This document shows positions 17,470 through 27,266 of a stretch of DNA of 64,000 nt, one piece after another; the stretch's first letter is position 1, and each line of letters opens with the position of its first letter. The notes under the pieces are model-generated. The model saw only the letters and a list, made by a program, of their open reading frames with translations. It did not search any database and had not been told where the DNA came from. The position numbers and the translations under genes are program-made. The DNA is taken from the IMG/VR virus record IMGVR_UViG_3300042892_005961, positions 1 through 64,000 of that record; one strand, written 5' to 3'.

Positions 17470-20295
17470 TTAGGAAATCTTTTTATTTTTTGGATTTCTT
17501 AAATCTTTAAAAGCCACATCAATTAAAAAATTACCATTCTCGTCTTTAGTTTCTTTCAAATATTTCCACAAAGTGCTTTCTTTTCTACAACAATCTTGTT
17601 TACCTTTGAATTTTTTTGCCATTTTTAATGCTGATTTTGGTGTGTATAATTTTCTATTTGGGTTTCTAAGTTGTCTTTCTTGAAATGTGATAATTGGAAA
17701 TTTACATTCAGTATAAAGTATTTTCATTGCATTTGCATTTTTCCAAGCACTTGGGACGGCTCGTAAATCTTGTGCTTCTTTATAAACTCTTTCCCCATTC
17801 TCATCGACTTTTAACGCTTCCGCCAATATATTCTTTTTAATTGTCCAATATCCTTTTTGTTTTCGCTGAGTTGGTAGATAGATTTGTAACTCATCAATTA
17901 GTCCAAACTTCTCAAAGAAATTATAAATTCTTAATCCTTCAGGTTTTGTTCTTTGTAAATCACTTATGATATTATATTTTCTTTTACCGTTTTCATCCGT
18001 AGACAGTATAGTTTTTATGTATTCTTTTTTTATTTTTTCACTAAATGTAATTTTTTGTGTGGTATCGGGAAAAAAATCTAATATTTTGTTATTTTTTCTT
18101 AACCAAGACCCTAATCCAGACCCCATTTTGAAATTGCTCAAATCTGATATTGTATTTGGTTTATGTTTTTCAATAAAAAACTTTGCTAAATCATCATTCC
18201 AATCTATTTTTTCTAATTGAATTTCATATTTTTTAATAAGTACGTCAATAATTTTATTTCTTTCCGCGTATGATAATGCCTTTGGTTGTTCGTGTTGAAT
18301 TTGTCTTCTATATTTACCTTTATATTGTGAAAATATCTCATCACAATACTTAACATTCATTTCTTTTGATTTTACTTTACAATCAACATTACCAAGTATT
18401 CTGGATTTAAATAAACTATACACCTCTTCTAAATAGAATCTTTGCATAGGTTCTACAGTTGTATCTCTATCTTCAGATATTTCTATTAATTTTTTCTTAG
18501 GTGAACCAATTACTTCTTCATTATTATCAATAATTGTGTCTCCATCGGCAACTTGGTATGGGTTTACATCTTCTCTAAAAAAATTCGCAACCGTTAATAG
18601 AGGAGGTATTTTTTTTGCGTTAGGGTTAGTAACAATATAAATTATTGATTTTTTACCTTCATATCCAATTCTAACGGCTCTTAAAGAACCTTGAGCTCCT
18701 CTTCTAACACTTTTAGAACCATATCCAAAAATCAATGCGTCCGTATTCAATGTGTCCATACCCCTAGTTAACCAAGGACTACCAACAACTATTGCGAATT
18801 TATCATTGTCATATTTTTTTAAGGTTGATTCATCACCGTTTAATGCCAAATAAGGTGTATATTTTTTAGGTATGTATTTCTTTTCAATTAATAGTTTTAA
18901 TAATTCGTAAAATTTTTCACAATCATTAATCATACTGATAATTAACATACAATGTGTCTTTTTATCTTCTTTAATTGATTTTATTAAAGTAACAATAGAA
19001 CGTATAATATTACCTCTTGTTAATTTTGGAATATCTTTATATACTACATCAATAATTCCATTATCGTTTATTAAATCAAACAATGGATGTTGATCACTAA
19101 CTTCAGTTATTTTAAATTCATACGGACAATTGACACCTTCGTTAACTGCTTGGTGTGGTGTAACTATCACACAAATTTTTCCAAAATATTTTTCATCATC
19201 ATTATATATTATTGATTTATTTTTATCTTTATTATTTCTTAATGATAATGTTGCAGTAAAACTAACCAAATAATCTGTTATTGAATTTACAACGGCGTCA
19301 TTAGTATCATTACCTATGTGTCCCGTCATTGAATCCATTTCATCAATAAAACCAATAGTTTTTTTATTATAAGATAATTTATTCTTAATTTTATTGAACA
19401 TCTTTCTAAATGGTTTAGCGCTTTTATTAACAACATAAAAATTAACTTCTTCTCCATTTAACATATAAAGTTCAATAATGTGTTCTAAACTTTTATTAGA
19501 CGCCGATTTATTATCAATATTATATTCCTTTTGATTTTTAATGTATGTTCCATCAGAAGAAATAACAATTCTTTTTACTAATCCTTCTCTGTAAGTTCCC
19601 TCATCATATTGAGCGTGTTTAATAGCCATTTGTTTAGCTAACGATATATTTGGGTGATAAAAAACTTTAATTTTAATATTTTTACAAATACTCCATTCAA
19701 AATTAAAATATTGTAATAATGTTTTTCCGTAACCACCAACAATGTTATTGTAAACCTTATTATATTTTTTAAGAAAATTACCAATTTTTTTTAATACTTC
19801 ATTTTGACTTCCTCTTTTTTTAACTGTATCAGTTTTAACATTTTGATTTTTATTTAAAAATAATAAAGCATATTCAAAAGCATTGTTCCATTCCTCAATT
19901 AATATTTTCTTCCATCCATTTATTGGTAATCTGACAAACTCAGTCCCGACATCTTTAGTTTTAAGTATTTTTCTTAATTGGTAATTTTTTTCATACATAC
20001 TATCCTTAAAAAACATATCCATTTTTAATACAGTTGAATTCGCATCTTCTAAAGATGTACCTTTAGGAAGGTATTTTTTTTCTTCCCATAATGATTCTTG
20101 TATATAACCTTTACCTCTTGTTAAAACCGATTCTTTCATTACATCATCCACCGATGACTTTGTAATTCCCGTTTTAAAATCAAAACTACCGGTTTGTTTT
20201 TTATCGGGTACGACGTGGCACCAAGCATAAGTTATAGTATAATATTGTTTTAATTTTTGATCAAACCCTAGTCCATCAACCATATTATTTTTCAT
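17470..20295 (-). CDS. superfamily 2 helicase-like protein with basic C-terminal extension
   Basis: GYGKT (motif I), IDEMD (II), FTAT (III), LTRGMD (V), QGSLRAVR (VI). Confidence 0.75.
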   Translation of the reverse strand: MKNNMVDGLGFDQKLKQYYTITYAWCHVVPDKKQTGSFDFKTGITKSSVDDVMKESVLTRGKGYIQESLWEEKKYLPKGTSLEDANSTVLKMDMFFKDSMYEKNYQLRKILKTKDVGTEFVRLPINGWKKILIEEWNNAFEYALLFLNKNQNVKTDTVKKRGSQNEVLKKIGNFLKKYNKVYNNIVGGYGKTLLQYFNFEWSICKNIKIKVFYHPNISLAKQMAIKHAQYDEGTYREGLVKRIVISSDGTYIKNQKEYNIDNKSASNKSLEHIIELYMLNGEEVNFYVVNKSAKPFRKMFNKIKNKLSYNKKTIGFIDEMDSMTGHIGNDTNDAVVNSITDYLVSFTATLSLRNNKDKNKSIIYNDDEKYFGKICVIVTPHQAVNEGVNCPYEFKITEVSDQHPLFDLINDNGIIDVVYKDIPKLTRGNIIRSIVTLIKSIKEDKKTHCMLIISMINDCEKFYELLKLLIEKKYIPKKYTPYLALNGDESTLKKYDNDKFAIVVGSPWLTRGMDTLNTDALIFGYGSKSVRRGAQGSLRAVRIGYEGKKSIIYIVTNPNAKKIPPLLTVANFFREDVNPYQVADGDTIIDNNEEVIGSPKKKLIEISEDRDTTVEPMQRFYLEEVYSLFKSRILGNVDCKVKSKEMNVKYCDEIFSQYKGKYRRQIQHEQPKALSYAERNKIIDVLIKKYEIQLEKIDWNDDLAKFFIEKHKPNTISDLSNFKMGSGLGSWLRKNNKILDFFPDTTQKITFSEKIKKEYIKTILSTDENGKRKYNIISDLQRTKPEGLRIYNFFEKFGLIDELQIYLPTQRKQKGYWTIKKNILAEALKVDENGERVYKEAQDLRAVPSAWKNANAMKILYTECKFPIITFQERQLRNPNRKLYTPKSALKMAKKFKGKQDCCRKESTLWKYLKETKDENGNFLIDVAFKDLRNPKNKKIS

Positions 20296-20316
20296 GTTAT
20301 ATATATTTTAACCCTA

Positions 20317-20346
20317 CAAAGATACAATAATTTAGAATATTCCAAA
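20317..20346 (-). promoter_or_regulatory. Bacteroidota-type promoter (TTTG-N18-TATCTTTG)
   Basis: Upstream of the helicase ATG. Confidence 0.6.
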
Positions 20347-20408
20347 AAATATTTTGATTATTTTAATAAAAAGTAGGATTTTACCTACTTATTGGATATT
20401 TATTATAT

Positions 20409-20561
20409 ATGAAACAGCCAAAGAAAGAGGAAGAAAAGAAGGTTAAAATATCAATTACTTTAAATCCAGATCTAAATGCCCGTATGGAAAGGGAACTAAC
20501 CAATAAATCTCGTTTAATAGAAAAACTTCTAACTGAACATTATGGAAAGAAAAATATGTAG
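20409..20561 (+). CDS. ribbon-helix-helix-like DNA-binding protein (50 aa)
   Basis: Hand-translated MKQPKKEEEKKVKISITLNPDLNARMERELTNKSRLIEKLL...; alternating beta strand then NKSRLI helix; TATTTAT upstream. Confidence 0.7.
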   Translation: MKQPKKEEEKKVKISITLNPDLNARMERELTNKSRLIEKLLTEHYGKKNM

Positions 20562-21180
20562 TAAGTGTTTGATTGATAAGGAGTTATGTGAATTTAACAA
20601 AAATTCTTATGGTCTTAACTCATCCTGTAAAGAATGTAAAAAAGAATACGATAAAGAATATCGTAAAAAGAATAAACAAAGGATCGATCAACGAGTTGAT
20701 AATTGGAACAAACAGAATAAGGAATGGGTTAGTCAAAGAAAATTAAATTGGTCTAGAACAAATAAAGATAGAATTAATAAAAGAATTAAGGCTAGAAAAG
20801 AAATTGATCCTGTTTACAAATTAAAATTATTATTTAGAAGTAAATTAAATAAAATATTAAAATGTAAAAAAGAAAAAACATTTGATATAATTGGTTGTAC
20901 ACCTAACGAATTAAAACAACATCTTGAGTCTCAATTTAAAGAAGGGATGACATGGGAAAATCATGGAGTGTTTGGTTGGCACATCGACCACATTAAACCT
21001 TTATACTTTGGTGAAGATGACACAGAATTAAAGTTATTATCCCATTACACTAATCTACAACCGTTGTGGTGGAATGAAAACTTAGACAAAAGAATGGTAG
21101 ATAAAACATTTCCTTTTAACCAACCACGTTCTTTAACTCATCAACATGATGATCTTCTACCCCAAGTTCAGAACCAATAG
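20542..21180 (+). CDS. HNH (homing-type) endonuclease
   Basis: N-terminal CxxC..CxxC, GMTWENHG, WHIDHIKPL, HYTNLQPLW..N. Confidence 0.85.
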   Translation: MERKICSKCLIDKELCEFNKNSYGLNSSCKECKKEYDKEYRKKNKQRIDQRVDNWNKQNKEWVSQRKLNWSRTNKDRINKRIKARKEIDPVYKLKLLFRSKLNKILKCKKEKTFDIIGCTPNELKQHLESQFKEGMTWENHGVFGWHIDHIKPLYFGEDDTELKLLSHYTNLQPLWWNENLDKRMVDKTFPFNQPRSLTHQHDDLLPQVQNQ

Positions 21181-21769
21181 GTCTTTTCTTCATATCGTTT
21201 ATCACCTTTCTTAAATCATAAGGTGCAAAGTCTGGATTACCATCCACACCAACGTCCATTCTACGACCATTACCATACTTTTTATGATTAGGTAAGTGAA
21301 CGTGTCCGTGAAGATGAATACGTCCCTTATTCAGTCCGTTCCATGATGCAATTGGAAAGTGCATACACTCTATCGTCTCTCCCAAATAATTCAATTGTAA
21401 GAACCATTGGGTTGATGCAAATAAACTTTGTATATTATCTTTGTTATTGACTTGGAAATGATCGTGATTACCAAAAATTAAATGAATTTCTTGCACTATC
21501 AATCTATTTCTAAATTCCTCTATCTTCTCAAATCCACCGAATGACCAATCACCAAAATGTATCAACACATCGTCCTGACCAACGACCTCGTTGATGTTAT
21601 TCACAATTGATGCATTCATCTTATCCAATGTTTCAAATGGGCGTGTTTGTTTCTCTGGTACATCACCATTAGGCAATCTCCAATTAGTTATTCCACGACA
21701 TATGTTTGTGTGTGAATAGTGTGTGTCCGAAGTCACCCATACTTTTCTATCGTTATCAATCTTTAACAT
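21116..21769 (-). CDS. calcineurin-like metallophosphoesterase
   Basis: SDTH, HFGD, GNHD, HFP, HGHVH, DVGVD. Confidence 0.9.
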   Translation of the reverse strand: MLKIDNDRKVWVTSDTHYSHTNICRGITNWRLPNGDVPEKQTRPFETLDKMNASIVNNINEVVGQDDVLIHFGDWSFGGFEKIEEFRNRLIVQEIHLIFGNHDHFQVNNKDNIQSLFASTQWFLQLNYLGETIECMHFPIASWNGLNKGRIHLHGHVHLPNHKKYGNGRRMDVGVDGNPDFAPYDLRKVINDMKKRPIGSELGVEDHHVDELKNVVG

Positions 21770-22169
21770 TACTCCTCAAAAATTTGAAGTCTTTTAATTT
21801 ATTTTTATCTATTCTTTCTATTGCCGACCTAACTGCTTCATCTCTCTCTGATTGTGCTTGGGCAATTCGTGATATTGGTGGTGGAGGTGGAATGGACCTA
21901 CCAAAACTTGTCATTCGTTGTCTATTAATTTCTGACATTGTTCTAAACCATCCTCTATGTCTATCATTACTCTCCTGTTCCATTACCCCATAATATTTCT
22001 TCTTCTCTTCAACATCCTTTCCCACTATTAAAGCTAATATTGGTCCTAACAATATTGCACCTATTACCATATCCAAACCTAATGTGTAATGTTTATTATG
22101 ATAATACATCACATATACCGATGAGGTTGTCCAAACCAATATTAGAAAAATTAATAGTAATGTATTCAT
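21756..22169 (-). CDS. membrane protein with C-terminal FKFL motif
   Basis: Two TM helices, poly-Pro, ends KDFKFLRSNVKD; ATG at 22169 follows a promoter. Confidence 0.6.
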   Translation of the reverse strand: MNTLLLIFLILVWTTSSVYVMYYHNKHYTLGLDMVIGAILLGPILALIVGKDVEEKKKYYGVMEQESNDRHRGWFRTMSEINRQRMTSFGRSIPPPPPISRIAQAQSERDEAVRSAIERIDKNKLKDFKFLRSNVKD

Positions 22170-22174
22170 ACCAA

Positions 22175-22205
22175 CAAAGATATTAAATGTTTTTGAATAT
22201 ACAAA
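22175..22205 (-). promoter_or_regulatory. Bacteroidota-type promoter (TTTG-N19-TATCTTTG)
   Basis: Consensus match 5 nt upstream of ATG. Confidence 0.7.
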
Positions 22206-22212
22206 ATAATAC

Positions 22213-22242
22213 AAAAAAAAATCCCCAAATTTCTTTGGGGAT
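22213..22242 (-). terminator. rho-independent terminator
   Basis: ATCCCCAAA-GAAA-TTTGGGGAT followed by a U-run. Confidence 0.8.
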
Positions 22243-22296
22243 CAGGGCGAAACACGTACGTGTGTCAATCCAGGGATACTATCCAAGGAGGGGCTC

Positions 22297-23532
22297 TTAT
22301 TTTTTACGTTTAATTATATTATTAATTTTATTAATAACTTGTTTTGCTACATTAACACTTTCGTTAACGTTATTTTTCTTGGTAATATCGTATTGTTTAA
22401 CGTTAGCTTTCTTCAACATCTCAACTGGTTTGAATTGGGTCATGATCATGTCCTTTAATTCGTCCAATGCTTCGATGAGTGCGGTCTTGATAGGTAAACT
22501 ATCCATAACCGTCATTTTATCGTTAAAATCAGTCCCTGGTTCCAATTCAGCCGTCTTTCTAATGGTTTCATCTCTATCTAATTCCAAACCATTATTAACC
22601 CATCTGTCTTCCTTAAGTTTTCTACCGAATTTAGTTTTAAATCTAACAGTCCAAAGATATTGATTATCAAGTAATTGTCCTTTAATTGATAAGTCCATTC
22701 TAACCGTTACATCTAAATTTGCTTCATCAAAACCATAAGCGTCCAACATATATGACGGGGTTTTACCCAAATATTGTTGGCTATTCTTCTTGGTCTCTTC
22801 CCAATTCATGTATTGTTGGTTAAACTGACGAGCCAAATGGTATGATTTATATTCATCTTCTAACTTCTTACCACTAATTCTCGCCGTCACAAACTTTAAA
22901 AATTGAGTTGATGATGAATAAGAATTGAACGTATGTGTTTGATAATTGATTTGATCATTATCTACTCTACCATATCTATTTAAGTGTTTTCTATCTCTTG
23001 ATTTAATCTCAGGGATACTCAATCTTTCTAAACGAGCAGACACTTCAGGATTACCTAAGTATTCTTCAACCGTACGGTTAAGTTCTATTTTGATTTTAGT
23101 TGTTGCTGGTTTGTTAACACCTGAGTGTTGGTATGTTGTTCCCGCCTTACCACTTCTTGGTTGATCTTTAACTTTTTTAGCCGCCACCAATTCAGGTTCC
23201 ATTCCATATTGATCAGCTAAACTATCTAACCATTCTTGGTTCGCCTCTTTAAAAGCTTCCAATTCCATTCCGTCTAATGGGATCCATATACGTTCACTAC
23301 CAGGAACAAGTTCCTTTCTCTTTAAACCTGTGTTAGGATCTTCAATTGTATTTAACTTTTTAAGTTCCCATCCATCAGGTATATTCGTGTTATTCCCATC
23401 TCTAAAAATAGGTCTAAACGCTGCAAGTTTATTAGATGTGTCCTGTGTTCCTTTTTTAGTATAGGCGAACTCATCCACTTCACCTTGTTCTCTTAATTGA
23501 ACTAATAAGTCTTTCTTTGATATTTCTTTCAT
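22297..23532 (-). CDS. hypothetical late protein
   Basis: 411 aa; TATTTAT at 23555-23561. Confidence 0.65.
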   Translation of the reverse strand: MKEISKKDLLVQLREQGEVDEFAYTKKGTQDTSNKLAAFRPIFRDGNNTNIPDGWELKKLNTIEDPNTGLKRKELVPGSERIWIPLDGMELEAFKEANQEWLDSLADQYGMEPELVAAKKVKDQPRSGKAGTTYQHSGVNKPATTKIKIELNRTVEEYLGNPEVSARLERLSIPEIKSRDRKHLNRYGRVDNDQINYQTHTFNSYSSSTQFLKFVTARISGKKLEDEYKSYHLARQFNQQYMNWEETKKNSQQYLGKTPSYMLDAYGFDEANLDVTVRMDLSIKGQLLDNQYLWTVRFKTKFGRKLKEDRWVNNGLELDRDETIRKTAELEPGTDFNDKMTVMDSLPIKTALIEALDELKDMIMTQFKPVEMLKKANVKQYDITKKNNVNESVNVAKQVINKINNIIKRKK

Positions 23533-23572
23533 TTGAGTATACTTCTATGTCTATATAAATACTCCGATTATA

Positions 23573-24034
23573 TTAATTAAACCAACTTGGGATGTCTCTA
23601 TTCTTCCAAGTACAGAACAGTCTTTTCTCCCCCATATAATAATCTCTATATGATTGAATGGTATTCACTCCTTTGTACTCGTCTGGCATGGCCATAGGAG
23701 GTGGTGTAAATTTAACATCAGGGATTTTAGGGTGATTATCACAACACCACAGGATCACATCATAGGACTTATGTGTCTTCCCATATCTATGGGTATATTC
23801 ATAACAAAGGTGGATACCAAGTTCACATAACCATATGTAATTATGGAGATCTTGTCTAACCCATTTTGCTGATGGATGATTAACGTGGGATAATTTATAT
23901 TGTGCCTGACCTCCCGTTGCCCAATGAGATCCACAAAGTAATTGGGCAGTTTCTAATATCATTTTAACAACGTGTTTATCGTTATGATATTGTGCACATT
24001 TTGTTGGGGACTTATCTAAATAAAATATATTCAT
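23573..24034 (-). CDS. pyrimidine-dimer DNA glycosylase / endonuclease V-like protein
   Basis: MNIFYLD...HNDKHVVKMILETAQLL, HVNHP, EYTHRYGKTH, AMPDEYK, YRDYY. Confidence 0.8.
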   Translation of the reverse strand: MNIFYLDKSPTKCAQYHNDKHVVKMILETAQLLCGSHWATGGQAQYKLSHVNHPSAKWVRQDLHNYIWLCELGIHLCYEYTHRYGKTHKSYDVILWCCDNHPKIPDVKFTPPPMAMPDEYKGVNTIQSYRDYYMGEKRLFCTWKNRDIPSWFN

Positions 24035-24420
24035 TATACATTCATTTTCAATACACACTCTAAATGATCGGTATTAACTAAGTAGTCATATTCAATCTCA
24101 GACGTATCTCTACCACAATAACTACAAGTCATTTGTGGTTCAGGTGTTTCTCCTGTGATCTCCCAACATTTTTGTCTAACCTTTGCACCGAGTTCTTGGT
24201 CGTTAGATGTGTTTAGGATGTCTTCGGCCGAAATAGTAATAAGGGTTGTTCTGTTTCTCATAGTCCTACTTACATAATCATCAGATGGTCCATAGGTTCT
24301 GTCGTAACATTGTTTACAACATTGACCAGCTCCTTCAACATAACCATATCTTAAATCGATATGTGTGTTTACATCAATCGTAGTTTGCTTTCCGCAGATA
24401 ATACAAATTTCATTTGGCAT
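24034..24420 (-). CDS. zinc-finger hypothetical protein
   Basis: CIIC, CKQC, CSYC, HLEC. Confidence 0.6.
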   Translation of the reverse strand: MPNEICIICGKQTTIDVNTHIDLRYGYVEGAGQCCKQCYDRTYGPSDDYVSRTMRNRTTLITISAEDILNTSNDQELGAKVRQKCWEITGETPEPQMTCSYCGRDTSEIEYDYLVNTDHLECVLKMNV

Positions 24421-24474
24421 AAAAAAAAGTTTAGATTATAAATTTAAACTTCTTTTTTGATATAACGAAATATT

Positions 24475-25875
24475 TTAAGAATTTGTTCCTAAATTTTTAG
24501 CAATTTTATTTACTTGTCTTGCGATTGATCCAACCACCTTTTCGTAGTTAGGAGCCCCCGCGTATCTTAAATTTTTTTGGTTAACAAAATTGTTAATTAG
24601 GTCTTGTGCGGTTCTACCTTTACCTATATAATCTTTTGCTATAAGATTATAATATGCATCAATACCCGATTGTGTTGAACTATGGTTTATCGTACCTCCA
24701 TCATCTGTGTTTCCAACGTTAAATGGATTTTTTGTTTTTATTGGTAGACTATTTGCATCGGGGTTTCCAATACCTCCTTCAGCTGCCAATTGTCCTAAAG
24801 CCAATTCAGGTGGGATATATTTGTTACGTTTCTCAAATGTTCTTTTAGCACTTGATGCCATCATATCTCCCGTGATATTCAATAAGTTAGGGGTTCTTGA
24901 TTTTATGAATACATCACATATTTCACTATACATCTTATAACCTTCTTCCGTTGTTAAATCTAAATCAGTAAAGACATCGCTTCCTCCTGTTGTAACCTTA
25001 TCTATTAATTGACTTAATTGTTCTTTAGTTACACCCTTTAATTCTAATTTAGATGCCATTGATTGAGCCATCTCAGGTGTAACCGATTCCACTGGACTTT
25101 TATTGGTGTCCGAGTTACTCATAGTGACTGACTCTCCACCACCTATTTCGGTTGATACCCAATTAAATAATTCTTCCATTTTACCCGCATCACCACTAAC
25201 ATCTAAACCTTCACCTACCTTTTTACCATTAACAGTTTGACTAAATGTATTATAATGATGACTATTACCCACATGTACGGGGTTAACTTTAGATGTGTAA
25301 GGATTCTCACCAGCGTGTAAACCTAATTCTAATGCCTTTTCCATTACTTTAACAGCAACTTGAGCATCCGTAAACCCAAAATGGATATGTGTATCGTGAT
25401 TTGACCATTTAATACCGTCTACTTTATTACCAGCATCAATACCCCATGGCATCTTATTCCACACCATTTCATCAATACCTGATATAAAACCTTCACTTAT
25501 AATATTATTATCTGTCTTATATTTTTTAACCGCATCCGCAGTCTCGGGACCAAACAACCCATCAACACCATGTCTTGGTAATTCATACCCTAATAGGACT
25601 AATCCAATTTGAATTGTTTCCACTTCTTTTTGATGTTGCATTGAACCTAACTTCTGTTGGGTAACCGGTTCTTTGATTGATTTAAGATCGGTAAGGAATT
25701 TTCTAACATCATCATCTACAAAATCCGCCTTTGACGGAACGTCTATTGGTTTAATGGCATTCGTGTCTCCTCCTTGAATTAACTTAGTTAGTAAGTCGTC
25801 CTCCAACAATACTTTCTTACCATAAGTGATACTGTGTATTCTTTCCAGTTCTTCTTTTAAGGTTCTTTTCTTCAT
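24475..25875 (-). CDS. putative virion-associated peptidoglycan hydrolase (PG-binding + His-rich + glucosaminidase/lysozyme-like domains)
   Basis: GVDGLFGPETADAVKKYK (PG_binding_1); ELALGQLAAEGG, NPFNVG, RYAGAPNYE. Confidence 0.7.
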   Translation of the reverse strand: MKKRTLKEELERIHSITYGKKVLLEDDLLTKLIQGGDTNAIKPIDVPSKADFVDDDVRKFLTDLKSIKEPVTQQKLGSMQHQKEVETIQIGLVLLGYELPRHGVDGLFGPETADAVKKYKTDNNIISEGFISGIDEMVWNKMPWGIDAGNKVDGIKWSNHDTHIHFGFTDAQVAVKVMEKALELGLHAGENPYTSKVNPVHVGNSHHYNTFSQTVNGKKVGEGLDVSGDAGKMEELFNWVSTEIGGGESVTMSNSDTNKSPVESVTPEMAQSMASKLELKGVTKEQLSQLIDKVTTGGSDVFTDLDLTTEEGYKMYSEICDVFIKSRTPNLLNITGDMMASSAKRTFEKRNKYIPPELALGQLAAEGGIGNPDANSLPIKTKNPFNVGNTDDGGTINHSSTQSGIDAYYNLIAKDYIGKGRTAQDLINNFVNQKNLRYAGAPNYEKVVGSIARQVNKIAKNLGTNS

Positions 25876-25903
25876 ACGAATATAAATATCCCAAATTGTG
25901 GTT

Positions 25904-26065
25904 TTATCCTAAATAATCCTTGTCCTCGTCGTCAAAATCTCCGAACAAGTCTTCTCCCTTATAATCAGGATGATTCTCTTTCATATGGTCAATACCTCTA
26001 ACCCAAAAGAAAGAAACTATCGCCGCTAAAACAAAACTACATCCAATACCAATTACGTATCCCAT
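25904..26065 (-). CDS. small membrane protein (53 aa)
   Basis: Hand-translated MGYVIGIGCSFVLAAIVSFFWVRGIDHMKENHPDYKGEDLF... Confidence 0.6.
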   Translation of the reverse strand: MGYVIGIGCSFVLAAIVSFFWVRGIDHMKENHPDYKGEDLFGDFDDEDKDYLG

Positions 26066-26137
26066 AACTTATTTAATTATTTTTTTAAATATATAACAAA
26101 TATATACAAAATTTAGTAATTGTATATGTTTTAATTA

Positions 26138-26860
26138 TTAAAATAAAGTTTTAATTGTTTTTGTTAAATCAAACCTATCATATATTGTGTTGTATTTTTC
26201 AATAAAATTGTCATTCATCTTTAAATTACCGGTAAAATGTTTACTTGAATTTATTTTTTCTAATTTAAAATTAATATTAAGTTTATTAGACACCCATTCT
26301 TCAAGTTCGTATAATTTATCGATATCAAACCAAATAATTTTTTTATGATGTTGGTGCCACGTTGAACATGGTAGAAATAATACTGATAACATATTTGCCA
26401 GTCGGCCTTCATACTCAATAAGTTTATGTTTTATAATAAAGTGGGACACATATTCTTGATGGGTATCACGCAATACATCAGATGGTGTGATATCAAAAAA
26501 TATATCATTTTCATCCATTTTAATTAATTTATTATAATTTTCTACCAAGCCTGTTCTATTTTCCTCATCAATAATATGATACCATAATGATAAAAATCGT
26601 TCGTATCTATTACGTTTAACCGAAATTACTTCATAATTATTTCCGAATTTAGATTCTAAATAATCTAATGGTTCGTGCATATGATAGAATGTATCTGCAA
26701 TTATTTCATTATCAAGTGTTATATCAATATTATTATATTCAATTTGATGTTCATTCATTAAAGTTTTTACATTTAATTTATTTTTAGCACAGGAAATAGC
26801 AAATGATGTGGATGCACATCTGGGTAAACTAATGTATATGAATTTGTTTTCTACTAACAC
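26138..26860 (-). CDS. sulfotransferase family 2-like protein
   Basis: FIYISLPRCASTS (5'-PSB), RNRYERFLSLW (3'-PB); ends KTIKTLF. Confidence 0.7.
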   Translation of the reverse strand: MLVENKFIYISLPRCASTSFAISCAKNKLNVKTLMNEHQIEYNNIDITLDNEIIADTFYHMHEPLDYLESKFGNNYEVISVKRNRYERFLSLWYHIIDEENRTGLVENYNKLIKMDENDIFFDITPSDVLRDTHQEYVSHFIIKHKLIEYEGRLANMLSVLFLPCSTWHQHHKKIIWFDIDKLYELEEWVSNKLNINFKLEKINSSKHFTGNLKMNDNFIEKYNTIYDRFDLTKTIKTLF

Positions 26861-26875
26861 AATAATAATTTTAAA

Positions 26876-27145
26876 TTAAAATAAAGTTTTGGTAGTCTTT
26901 GTGGGTGGAAAATATAGACTATCCACCGATTCCCATTTTTTTAATGGACAATCATTAAATGTTGCACTAAATATTTTTTTGGAAAGTGGACATCCACATT
27001 CATTGCATTTATAATACGATAAAATAGTTTTAACTTTGGATGGACATGTATTGCATATATCATGTCTTTTTTCAGCCAATTCTAATTGTTTATCAGTTGG
27101 GTTTGCGGATGCAATCCAAGCTTTTGCAATTTTTAAAAAATCCAT
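26876..27145 (-). CDS. small Cys-rich (DUF6171-like) metal-binding protein
   Basis: RxxICxxCP...CNECGCPL..K...CPLKKW; ends KTTKTLF. Confidence 0.7.
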   Translation of the reverse strand: MDFLKIAKAWIASANPTDKQLELAEKRHDICNTCPSKVKTILSYYKCNECGCPLSKKIFSATFNDCPLKKWESVDSLYFPPTKTTKTLF

Positions 27146-27165
27146 GTAACTTATTTTTTATTTGA

Positions 27166-27243
27166 TTAAGAATTTGCAGTGATAATTAATGCACCAATTT
27201 GTGTCATTGTACTATCTATTGTTTGCTTTTCTATTAATGTCAT
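27166..27243 (-). CDS. 25-aa micro-ORF (MTLIEKQTIDSTMTQIGALIITANS)
   Basis: Hand-translated ORF filling the gap between the Hint gene and the Cys protein. Confidence 0.45.
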   Translation of the reverse strand: MTLIEKQTIDSTMTQIGALIITANS

Positions 27244-27266
27244 TTTATATTATTTTAAATTTTTTA

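Noticed and set aside
22241-22296. Hammerhead or HDV-like ribozyme
   Set aside because: GAAAC and CTGAT occur on opposite strands, and I could not build the required pairings.
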